NCBI RefSeq assembly: GCF_037042905.1
Contig: NC_087259.1
Location: 22,506,001-22,570,000, forward strand
From: Lytechinus pictus
Taxonomy: Eukaryota
Reading direction: 5' to 3'
Length of the DNA: 64,000 bases
This document shows positions 1 through 12,600 of the stretch, one piece after another (position 1 is the first letter of the stretch; the number at the start of each line of letters is the position of its first letter). Under the pieces are notes generated by a model. The model saw only the letters and a program-made list of their open reading frames with translations. It ran no database searches and was not told the DNA's origin. The position numbers and the translations under genes were made by a program.

Positions 1-3000
1 CTTTGTCAAGTTTCATGAAACAGTCGACAGATGATGTTTTTTAGGTGCATTTTCAAAGTTTCCCTCATTTTGTTATAAGCCAAGGCAACGTAGCAAACAA
101 AAAATGACAAATGTTAACTGAGACATATTCCACTCAAGGCGGTCTGAACGGATTAGCTCACCGGATTTGCTATCTAATATTTGTCTTTTCTTCGCGTTTC
201 TTTCTTGAAGAAAGTGCGGATCTCTTTTCAAGCTAAAGTGGTATTACAAGTTAATGGAGAAGATGCCCATTGTTAAAGAATGCAATAAGCTTTAGTGATT
301 CCGGTCATCCATCTATCCTTGTCACCAGCATGAGGTCATCAATACAGCTTCAAGGTCACGAGGAAATAAATGAACTAGAATTTTCTCATCAAAATATAAC
401 CTTGACTTTCGTAGAGACCTTTTATATATCGACGTACATGGCCAAAGTCATCATGATATGAAATCTAGAATATTTTATTGTGAGTACAGACATTCATAGG
501 TTTAGTTAGGAGTTGCATCGCATGCAATCTGGTGCATTCTGTGTACGTCTTTCCTCTTTGGGCTCTCAGAAGATTTTACCAGATGAATTGAAAGATAACT
601 TCTACCAAAAAATGAATGGTTATTGCTGCAATAAATATGTTGAAGACCCCTTACGTCATGCTATTCAACTACAGTATTTATCAAGCTTTAATAAAATGTT
701 GGGGTTCATATTAAACAAGCTTTGCCTTCAGTGTACATCATACTTCCATAGATGTTCACATATATCTCCCTTACAATGTCTATAATATTATGGATAAATA
801 TAATAATATTCTATAAAACTAAAATATCATTAGTATTATTTTCTCATTTTGAAATCAAGGAAGGTCCTTTATTCCAAGATTCAATTTATGATACTTAAAT
901 ATCAATGGGCTTTTTGTTGTTTTATTTATTTACTTGTTCAAATATTGTCAAAGTAATTTATCAATGAATCTTTTGGGGGGCAAACATGTGATAGGCCACG
1001 GACATCTGCATGTCCCTCACCTTTTTTCAGAAGATGGATTAGTAGAAGAAGAAGACCTACGTTCCCTCGAAATATCATTTCGTTCCCATGAAATAATTAT
1101 TTTGTGGGAACGAAATAATTATTTCGAGGGAACAAAATAATATTTCGTCTCACATGCATGCACACGTCACGTGATTTGCACTATGCGGCAATCTTAATTG
1201 GGAGGAGAGAGACGAAATAATATTTCGAGGGAACGAAATAATTCACGGACCCGGGGGGGGGGGGGCAGCTAGTCAAATGTATTGCTGTACACATGCGTGA
1301 CCAAATTTTTTCCAAACACCCCATAAACGAGTTTTTCTCTGTGTGCAAAATAACCGCCTAAAGAAGTTTTTCGCGGGCTTCATTAACACATTTTGGCCCC
1401 TAAACAAGAATATGATCCCGGGGAAAAAGCTTGGGGAAAAAAAACATACACACGTTTGGCTAGTCTTTAGAAAAAATACCCTAAATATGGTGAGTTTATG
1501 GGATTTTACCCCCCCCCCGAGATCTTGGCCTTCGATCGCGCAAGAGCCGCGAAAATTTGCACAGTGGTAGTGTGCGATAAAATCTACAAGGCTGTATGGT
1601 TAATTTTTTTGAAATAATAAGATTTTTTATTTAATTACTTAATTATGCTAATTTATGCATGAAGTAAAACATTTGCTCTGATCAACTATCATACGGCCCC
1701 AAAACTGCTATTTGTTTATTCACAGACTCTTTGTAGGACAAGTTTTGTTTAACTTTCATATTAGTCTCCAATTTCATTCATTATATTAAATCTTGATTGT
1801 TTCATGTTACTTTGTATATATATATTTGATGATTTTATGATTGAAATAAAAATTGAATGGAAGTAGGATAGGAGAAATGTAGGGGGGGGGGGGGGGCGGA
1901 TTCCGCCCCCCCTTGAAAGTGGGACTTTTTTTTTTGCTTGTCAAATTTTATTTTTCATCTGGAAAATGTGCCCCCCCCCCATTTTGGAAAATCCTGGATC
2001 TGCCCTTGGCCCCTTGTATGTTGTGTGTTAGGGTGGATATATTGGCGATATTGGTGGTTAATGGGGTATGCAGTTTTCTGAGGAAAAAATGATAAAAACT
2101 AAAAATATCACTAAAGGTGATTAATATCCGTATGGTGTTACCATGCCAACAGTTTCCAACAGATGCCAGAAAAATGTCTTGCCTCTTTTTACCCCAAGAC
2201 CAATGTGTGAGCCAAATTTCATGAGAATTGTTTGAAAATTGATGAAGTATTTCAACCTGCAAGATTTTTACTGAATCTTCACCATATGTCATTACCATGG
2301 CAACATGATTTCTGACACACAGAGAAAATATATCTTGCATATCTTTACCTCAAGACCAATGTGTGTGCCAAATTTCATGAGAATTGATTAAAAAGATGAG
2401 GAAGTAGGTCGAACTGCAAGATTTTACCTTATTTTTGCCATAATGTATCGTTACATTACGATGGCGACAAAATTTCCGACACATGCCAAAAATGTGTCTT
2501 GCACATCATTACCTCAACATGCTTGTGTTCCAACTTCCAAATTTCACAATAATTGGTTAAAAACTGAGGAAGAAATCTGATGTGCAAGTTTTGCAATGGA
2601 CCAACTGACCGAACAGTGATTCCAATATACCCCTTCAAATTTAATTTGGTTATAACAATAACCAATCAAACCGAAATGGGATATGCATTCCTTTTTTGTG
2701 ATGGAAATATCACATTATAAAATACATTCTAATCTAAAAATTATTATCCATCCACATGTTTCATCCTTTGTCAAATTTCAGACTAGTGAATTTCCATCAC
2801 TTTAGTTATTTTCAATAAAAGACACACAAAAATAAACTATTAGAATAATGAAAAAATTATCATCCACTCACAAACCATCACAAGGACAAAAAAAAACTCA
2901 TAACAAAAAGTCAATTGATCATATAACAATAGGCCAAGAAATTTTTTATTATTTCTTTATTAATTGCATGTATTATTTTTATACATTTTATGTACATGTA

Positions 3001-5043
3001 TTCTGTTCTATAATTTCTGTACAAATAATTTAAGAGCTATAGAAACACTTGGTGGAATGCAAGAAGGAAGGAATGTCTTTATCAAATTATGGCTAGAATA
3101 TACAATTACATGTGGGCATTAATAAATTGTACGCATAATATTGTTACAATATATTTAGCAATGAACAAAGGAGTAAATTTACCAATTTTCTATGTATCAT
3201 TTTAGGACACAGTGAAGAGAATCTCCTACCTTTGGACATTGCTATTGATTTTAATTGAATGAATGAATGAACTTATACTTATACAAAGATTACCATGAGT
3301 CAGAGTGTTACTTGTTCATTAATTCATCTTTTAGTTGCATGTTAATAGCCCAAATACAAGGGGGGAGGTGAGAGTTGGTGATTCAAATAAAATCATCCCA
3401 CACCTCACGATTGGTCTGCGATCCAATTTTGGAATAAAAATTTAAACGTAATAAAATTTGATCTAATATTGAGTCATGGAACATTTTACTGTGTAAAGTT
3501 CTAAATTATTGTACAAATACTACTGTTAAAATCTGCGACTATGCTACCATCCTTATTAGAATAAAAGTGAATTGAAAATCTAGTTGTAATGACGTCATAG
3601 CAATCATACCATTGGTTACGACTTGAAACGAATTAGGGCTTTACTCAAGAATAAATGCTTTCAATTTCCAAAATGTCATATTAGTGTTCTTACAGCTAAT
3701 TTGAACCTCAGATAAAGATATACTGTACTTTCATTAAGAAAAAGAGAAAAATGCAATATGTTCCAAAATCAGATCGTGGATTGACCAGTCATAAGGTGTG
3801 CAGTGGCCTTCACATGTGAGATGAATAGATATTAACAACATCTGTTTCAACATTTAACATTGTAAGGTGTGAAAATAGAATGAATTAACTACTACAAGTT
3901 TATTGATAATAATTTTTCTTATAAAAGACAGCTTTTGCCATATTATGTTTGCTGTTTTAATTCAAAAGGTCACTTACTAATTGACAGGAAGGGAGAAAGG
4001 GAAGAATACTTCTCTAAGAACACACTTATAAAGAGACTATTAGATTATGTTTGGTAGAAAGATAAAAAACCACAGCACCTTTCCAAAATAAACATAGGCG
4101 AAGGCAGCATAAATGTCATGTATCGATGAGTCAGGGACGGAGTTGTTGAAATGGATTCATTTGGATATTTCTTTTTTTTTTAGAAAATAATTATGCGTAA
4201 TCTATTTCTACAAACTGCACGCATATATGGATGAAATGACAAACACAAAGTACATGGCAATAAACCTTGAATTAGTCGAACTACATGTAACACCAGTGGA
4301 CACTTTGTTTCATAAGTTGAGTTTATTTCCCTAACCCCTCTCATTATCATAATTCTTATTTATTAATGCAAATCAACTTGGTTAAATCAGAATAGATTTC
4401 ATCACTCCCAGAATATTCTGATTTTGGAAAATTTTGATAAAATAACACTATTGTCATTAATTCATGAAGAATATAATTTGATGCAACGATGTACTTGTAG
4501 AGTATTTACCAACAATGACACGGCAATTGAATTGTATTGTATCCCACAGCAACTCTGGAAAATGTTGTTGTCTGTGTCTATAAACGCCATCAAACACACC
4601 CTTAGCTGATGGTGCACTAAGAGAAATAGTCTATGAAACATTGGGACATCATGAAAAGGAGATGGAACTCTATAAACAGACCTGTGGCCCGTTTCATATA
4701 CCTGTTACAATAACAAAATTGCAGTAACAGTTGAAAGTTACTGAAATCATTCAATTTGATTGGCTGATTTTAAACTTGTTATAGAAATTGTACATTTGTT
4801 ACTATAACAAGTCTTTATCAAATGGAACCCAGAATTTTAAGAACATTCAGACTTTGAAGTTGTAGACTGTATTGCATAGGCTTCCACATTTAATTACACC
4901 AATGCATATTTCATACTAACTTAAGTCCACAGAGGAAGATGATTCAGGCCATCTTATGAATAGAAATCCCATTTGAAGTTTGGGTTATTGGGCTCAAGCC
5001 CTAAACAATGAATGGTTGTATTATTTCATGTCATCAATTAGAG

Positions 5044-5865
5044 CAGCGCTTCTCAACCAATGGGCCGCGGCCCACTGGTGGGCCGCAACAGGCTTCAGAG
5101 GAAGAAAAAAATATGGGGAAATGCTATAGAATAGTAGTATATTTCACAGACCTGTCCGAGCGGTCTACGTGGGTCAAACAAAACGAAAGCACGCTTTGGT
5201 ATCATGCAAGTTGCAAAACATGCACATGTGCACCGCATACATTCGTAATTCCGAAGCTTCGTTATTCCGAAGGTTCGGATATTCCGAAGGTTCGTTATTC
5301 CGAAGGTTCGTATCTCCGAAGGTTCGTAATTCCGAAGGTTCGTTAGTCCGAAAACGAAATGAGGTTCGTAATTCCGAAGGTTCGTTAATCCAAAATCGAA
5401 GTGAGGTTCGTAATTCCGAAGGTTCGTTAATTCGAAAACGAAATGAGGTTCGTAATTCCGAAGGTTCGTTAGTCCGAAAACTAATGATTAACGAGCCTTA
5501 TTTCGTTTTCAGATTAACGAACCATTGGAACATCTTACCTTATTTAGTTTACGGATTATCGAACCTTCGGAATAACGCCACAAATGTTCAGATTAACGAA
5601 CCCTTTTGCCTTTTTCGGATTAACGAACATCGAGGTATAAGCAATTTACGTGTTTCGGAATTACGAACCTTCGGAATTATTATTATTATTTTTTTCTTAA
5701 ATACAAAAAACGTATTTTTTAAAGAAAAAACGTACTGCCATATTTTGGTTGCAAAAACGTACTAAATACGGAAAAATCGTACTACTTGGCAGCTCTGTTG
5801 GTGGGCCTCGAAAAAAATCTGAGAGTCAAAGTGGTCCTTCAGTAAAAAAAGGTTGAGAAGCGCTG
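5044..5865. mobile_element. Non-autonomous hAT (Charlie-like) element with a nested repeat-rich insert
   Basis: TIRs CAGCGCTTCTCAACC / GGTTGAGAAGCGCTG and a perfect 8-bp TSD AATTAGAG (5036-5043, 5866-5873). Confidence 0.85.
5241..5677. repeat. Array of ~16-bp GGTTCGTAATTCCGAA units, direct on the left and inverted on the right (foldback MITE-like)
   Basis: Repeats are directly visible and explain the repetitive ORFs 5008-5346 and 5169-5765. Confidence 0.8.
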
Positions 5866-6689
5866 AATTAGAGAATTCCTTTTACAAATATCTTAATATG
5901 CTTCAATTATAGCATTTCAACCTCTCAACATTCAATAATATCATCAGACAAAGTCACTTTATAAGGCAAGTTAGAAAACCATAGTCCTATAGAATGCAGG
6001 CTTATCTATTGTTGTACCCAAACAGACAAAGATAGGTAGGTGAATAAAGGCACTTCGGTATTATTAATTCATCAGCCACAAACCCATCCATCAACATAGG
6101 TACAAACGTAACAATACAGAGAGAGATCATTATGTTCAACTTATTCATCCCAAATGAACTATGTGATATTTGTAACAGATTAAATTGCATTACTAATGGG
6201 GCAGGGCAAGAAACTGACGCTCAATCCTAAATCAAGCGTCATACCAAAATACAAGCAAAAGTCCTCTGATTGCAAATTTGTAGTTGATTTAGCTTCAATT
6301 GCAACTCAACTTTCTTGCAATTCCCCATCATGCTTGATTTGCAATTTAATGTAAGTTTTTTGCAATGACCACTTAGAAGGTGTGTTACAAGCAACTCATC
6401 TGCAATCGATAGGAAATATATTAATAACGAATAAGCAATAAATCAATTTGCCAGAAAATAAGAAAAATTACTTTCTGATTAAAGGAGCAACATTGAGACC
6501 AACTGCAAATGTGAAATAATTTGTTAGGATTGATTTTCGGGAATAAAATGCGAGTTGAAAACAGTGGAGGTTCATGCAACATATCCTATAGAAGTATGCA
6601 TTCATACAGTGTACATGCAATATGATCATGCGTGGTTATCACAAAAAATTGTGCAGAAATTAAGAACTGTTCTAGTTGGTGAACTTGGA

Positions 6690-9600
6690 TTACTCATCCA
6701 AAGATTTGACACCAAATAGTTCTTCATCAATCTTCTGCCTACGGGCATTGGTGGCTATCAGTTTGGCTTGTAAATCAGCAATACTGTGAGGAATGACAAA
6801 AGGATCATTGGTAAACTGCCTGAGGAATTTATGAAAAGGTATAATTTCATTAAGCATTCTTCAAAGTAATTTAATGTAATTCAGGGTGCTGATATGAAAA
6901 ATGTGGAAATCAACATATGGCATTTTTCATTTCAACTCAAGTAAAAAAAGTATCTGTGTAACCAAAAGGAACAAAATATGTTTCAAATGTAGGAAGACAT
7001 ATAAGAACATACAAATGGAATATGCACGATTCATTGGCAGTCTGCCTGAGGATTTTGGGCCTTATGCCAGGGGAGCGTTTCATCAATATTTTAGTCTGAC
7101 AAGTTGTCAGATCTGACAATTTTCCTTGATTCTGATTGGCTGAGAGGCACTGTTATTATGGTAATTGTCAGATAAAACAGGACTTGTCGGATAAAACGTC
7201 GGACAGGTCCTTTCATGAAAAGTTCCCCTGAAGGGCTATATCACTGTACAAAGCCAATGGAGGTACAACCCTTCAGACGTACATGAAAGGCCAAAAAACA
7301 ACCAACCCTTTAGTGCTTCTCTGCAGGACTTTAGAGTCCAATTCAACTGCCAGTGCAGAAACGATAGATACTTCATTCATAAGGTTTGTCAAAAGAAATT
7401 ATAGAGCGAGAATTTGTGTTGTACCTAGCAACACTTGCTCTCAACAGCTCTAATCCAGCTACATGAGCTGCCTTGATGAGTCGCCTTGACTCACCACATT
7501 CAGAAACAATGCTTTTTAGGCTGTTGTATTGGGTGATCTTTGTTTAAGTTGCCTTCTCACAAAAAATCTGACCCCCAAAATACAATGCCTCTGGCAAATC
7601 CGTATGGTGAACGGAGGCATTAAAAGAAATTATTTCTAATTCCAATCAATTTGTACAATAGTTAGAATTCTTTAAAAAAGTAAACAGAAACTTACCATTC
7701 GCTAGGCTTGAGTTGTTGGTTGGTGCTTTTGGATTGTGCCTTGCCTTGTGATGCAAGTTTAGCCCTCTGATTGGCTAGCCTCTGCTTCAGGGGTGTGGTC
7801 TCTGTGGAACTCTTTTCTCTTTCTACATGAAAAATAAAGTTTGACAAGACAATACTCAGTTAATATGCATCTACACTGACTAGGCATTCGCCCCTTTTTC
7901 TTTTCTCGATTATCTACAGACAAAATACACCCATTAAATTGAGGAAAATACTACTTTCACTGTATCCAGCATTTTGTAGCAATCATGTGATGCCCAGATC
8001 TTTTTCATTTATGTACATTTTCATCAACCAAATTTTTAAAAGATGATCAAAATGCAAATCAAGCCAAAACTTGCTGGGAATATAGAATTATCTTTACTTG
8101 CTCACCAGGAAGTTTGGGAGATTTTGACTGCTGTGCTTTCCTCCCTTTGTTCTTCTTCCCAGTAACAGTCTGAGTACTTCCCCCTTTGGAGAAGAGAGCT
8201 CTTCGGATTGGAGAGGTCTTTCTGAGGGGTATTCCACTTTTCCTGCGGGGGGACTTTGGCGAGAGAGGGGCAGGGTGAGATGATGGTAAGCTGTTGGCAT
8301 GCTGGAGGGGAATGGGAGGAGAGAAGGATCCAGCAGGCTCAGTTGATGCAGTGCTGCTGTGGCTGGACATGACAAGGATGTTACCATCAGAAAAATCCTC
8401 AAGGTTCAACCAATTCTCATCCCTGGCATTGTCCGGCTGCGTGGTGGCAGTTTCCGCTACAATCTGTCGGTTGACAAAGTCCAGCATCGCCTGGAATGTT
8501 CCGGGTTCTTCGACATCCTGGCCATTTTCAGGTAGATTCTCTATTCCTGATATGACCGAGTTACGTTCTGTCGTCTCAGAAACAGCATCATGCTGTTCCA
8601 TGCGCTTAACATGGTTGACTGTCTTGGAACTCCATTTCAACAGTTCAACCTGAGATTCGCTGCGACTCTCTTCAGTCCTTCCACTATTGTTCGTCTGAGC
8701 TATGTTTATGGTATTTGCTCTCCTTTGAGATGTTGATAGGTCATTAGTAAATAACACATCTACAGAATCCCTCTGTCCAGGAGAGACCGATGCTGCATAC
8801 TCAACATCCACCAGTCTCTTCCCTTCGTCCGTATCCTTTCGTCTCTGTGCATCAAGAGATGGTCTTTCAGGATCCAGGAACTCATAGCTCAGTCTCCCAG
8901 GGCTTCCTTCATACATATAGTAGCTGACAGGTGGCGATAGATGGCTGGATGTGTGGCTTACCCTTACATAGCTGGTGGATGGGGAGGTGTAGGGGCTGGA
9001 AGGTAAGGATGATATCCTCCGAGATGTGTTCTCTTGGGGATGGGTGTCCAGCATGCCATGAGAGCCAAACATGGCCCTCTCGTAGCCAGACAACTTGGCC
9101 TTAAGACGTGCTATCTCTGATTCCTACAAAGATATAAACATGAAAAGAATGTAGGACAATAACTGGCTCATAAACATTTCCTAATATTAAACATTATTTG
9201 ATTCTAATGTAACCTGTTTTTAGCCAGCCCACTTGCAAAAATACATTGGAGAGAAAACTCTCCAAATACAGCCATTGGATAAGACGACCATATAGCTTTT
9301 TCAAAATGACGGTGGAAGGAGAAGCAGACGGGAAGGCTAAGCCAGGCTGGAGGAAGACAGGATGGATAGATAATATTAGGAATTGGACAGTGGGTGGAAT
9401 GGCCGTGGCAAGAGAAAATGTATACAAGAGAATGCCGATGGTTCTTTGAGGACTACAGCAATGCATTAGTAGAAGTCGTAGTAATAGCCAGTCATTTTAA
9501 GTATCCCCATATGAACTACATTTTAGTAGAAAAAAGAAAGTCTTGCATGTAAACTTTCATGCATGACCTCAAATGACATATGACCATCAACATCACATGA

Positions 9601-12600
9601 AGATAACCCACTGCATCTTTGATACAAGTTTAGTTGTGATCTGAGGAACTGATGTAGTTATTTGTCATGAGTCTTGGAAGTAAACATTTGTCCCAAAATG
9701 ATTTTTCACCTTACCTGTTACTGTCAAAGGTACAGCAATATGAATATACCCCATGTAAAGTTACTAGTCACAAGAGAGTTTGTGACAGACAGATGCCAAT
9801 TGGACCCCTCTGTCTTGCCTTTACCTCTGGTGAGTGACACAATAATCCAATTTAATATCTTTAAAATGGCATAAAATCAATTTCTAATTCCATTATAGAA
9901 GACAGGATATTTTTAAATAAAATTCAATAACCTACCGGTATGTGTATTCACTCAGGCATATTTCTTTTTCTAGAGTATGAGAATAATGAGAGTTCAGGAG
10001 ATGACCCAAGATTTGCCCATGAGTTCAAACATCACCCCACACTTTTTCCTCACTCTACCCCCAAATTCATTCTCTTTCTTTCCGTCTTTATTCTTTTCCC
10101 TCACCTTTATAACCATGGCTTCATTGGAAGCATTGATAACTTCCCTGGATGCTGCTAGATCAGCCTCCAAGCCAGCCACTTGTTTGGTGGTTTCCTGCAG
10201 GGCCTGACTGGCTACCTGTTCGGCTTCCTTGAGTTGAGCAATCTGGAGCCTGTGGGATGAGTCTAGCTGGTCTCTGGAGGCAAGGAGACTCACATGGCTC
10301 TGCTGTAGCTGGCTGACCTGGAGAAAGTGAAGAGTAAAAAAGGACAGGAAGCTAATTGCTTTAATAGTACTGAGCTTAGAGTTTGCTGTTTTATAATAAA
10401 CATTTTGTTAAGCTTACATTACATTACAAAAGCATGGAAGATGAAGTGAAAAAATGTGATCATAAAATGTGATCATAAAGATTTGTCACTGGTATTTTTC
10501 TTGTATTTCAAATAATTAATTTCAGATCAAGGCAAAGATTTTGTGTTTTTCCAGAAAAAAAGGTGTTGCGGCAGGTTTCTTAATCATGCATTTTCCAACC
10601 TTAAGCTCATGTAATGGAGATAGATATTTGGCATAGAACATGTGTAACTTTGAACAGCTTGAAGAGATCCCCCCTGGACAAACTCACATTAAAGAGGAAC
10701 TGCAAGAGAGCAAGAGTAAATTTGATTTAATTGTACAATGAAGCTAAACTGGGCCTGCCTCACATCACAAGGGCATCATGATGCAGTAGAAACAATATTT
10801 TCAAATAACCTCTGTACCATATGCCACAAATTAGGCATAAAATCTATTTCAATAGAACAGTAAACGACAGATTACCCTGCTTGCAGCTTTGCATAGGCAT
10901 TCAGCATGTTTCTTTGTTTAACAAACACACACATATGTTAAGCCAAGAATGTGATCGCTGAAGCTCGATGCCTATTCTACAGATACAACTACAATTCAAT
11001 TGTGACAACTTCTGTTGCTGAGGTAGTCTTACAACCAAAATTATCAATAACTTGCCCCCCCCAAGGAAATTCCACCAACCTCATCTTCCTTCTGCTCGAC
11101 CTCGGCATCTCTCAGCTTGGCAATCTGCTGGAGTTCTGCAGTGTACTGAGCCTGAAGGGCCAGCTCCTGGGCTCTGGTAGCTCCCACTTCCTCGGCTAGT
11201 CTTCCTAGATCCTCATCTTTCCTATGGCACATCTCCAATGCATCCTGTAACTCACTAGTTAGGTTGTCCTGTACACAAATGAATAGGATAAAATTATATC
11301 TAAAAGGGAACAGGATAAACTATGGATAAAACAAAGGAGAATATTTGGAGGAGGAAGAGGTGGAACAGATGCCAGGTTAGAGATTACGAAGCAAAGCACT
11401 GTCATCGAGATGACCTTTGGATAATTAATTGAAATATCACAGAGATTTATATTTTTTGTGATTGCGTGAATGCTGTCTGTTTCGTTTGAAATACAACTTC
11501 TTTTGAAAAGAAAGTTTCACGTTTGTTATTGGTCTTTATAATACATTATTATGCTTCTTCAAATCCTCATCTGTAAAATGTGACTACTCTAGGAGATCTT
11601 GCAGTTGCCTGCGCAGCCCTCAAATTTTGGAATAACTTGCCATTTGAAATAAAATATTTCCAGAAAGCACAAAATTAGATCTAAATACCTACTTTTTTAA
11701 GTTAAATTCCAAATATTTTTTCCTTTCATGTGTTTTACAAGAATTCATCTCTTATAGCACAGAATTATATATATATAGAGAGTTTTTTGTGCTATATAAA
11801 TTATAAAAATTTTAATATTACAATTATTATCAAAAATGCAAGTCTATTCACATGTATCTCTGTTGGGAATAATATAGCAATCTACAAACCTGATTTCTTT
11901 GTGCTTGGGCTAGCTCTCTCCGCAGCTCAGTGATGTTGACGTGAGCTTGCTGGGTTTGTTCTCTGCTTAGCCTAAGCTCCTGTCCCTGGTCTAGGTATTC
12001 CTTCTTACTCCCCTGCAGATCATGGATTAGATCTTCAACTCTCTTAATTCAAAAGACAATGCAAAAGAAAACAATAAATCAAAGACTACATAGTGGTAAT
12101 GCTCCCAACTGATTTATGATGGCTGACTCATTTAAGCTAAAAGAATGATTTTGCAGCAAACAATCATTTCATGAGAAAGTCTCTAAAAATCAAGGTTACT
12201 TGTCTCCATATCATTGTATTTCAAGATCTGTTACACTAACAGAAATCTTGCCTACATAGATTAACACATGTAGGACAGTGTATTTTCATTGCTTGGAAAA
12301 AGACCCGAAATCTGGCTGGAATTCCATGCTCGTTTTTCTCAATTATCAGCAATTACACATTTTTGTCCAGCAAAATATATACATACGAACAGACATGCCA
12401 AGTTTCACGCATTATGCATTAGACTCCCACTTTAGGGACTTTCTCATCCCCTCCAATCTCTGTCTCAGGCATGTATCATAGCCCATCCCCATTATACACA
12501 AAGCCTGTGATCTGAATGCAGAGTCACAGAAAATTTCATGCATAGCTGGTCTTTGAACTTGGCATCTCTCTACAAACACTTGGGTGGTCATTTAATTAGA

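Noticed and set aside
5008-5765. ORFs of 112 and 198 aa with repeated RNSEGS / FRRF peptides, and a superficially CRISPR-like repeat array
   Set aside because: They are translations of a 16-bp tandem repeat inside a MITE. There are no unique spacers or cas genes, and the context is eukaryotic.
8098-8105. Alternative donor CAA|GTAAAG for the large CCDC18-like exon
   Set aside because: It would shift the next exon into an early stop; the G|GTGAGC donor at 8105 keeps the last two exons open.
8094-8653. Overlapping ORFs 8094-8402 (-) and 8294-8653 (+)
   Set aside because: Shadow frames of the large CCDC18-like exon.
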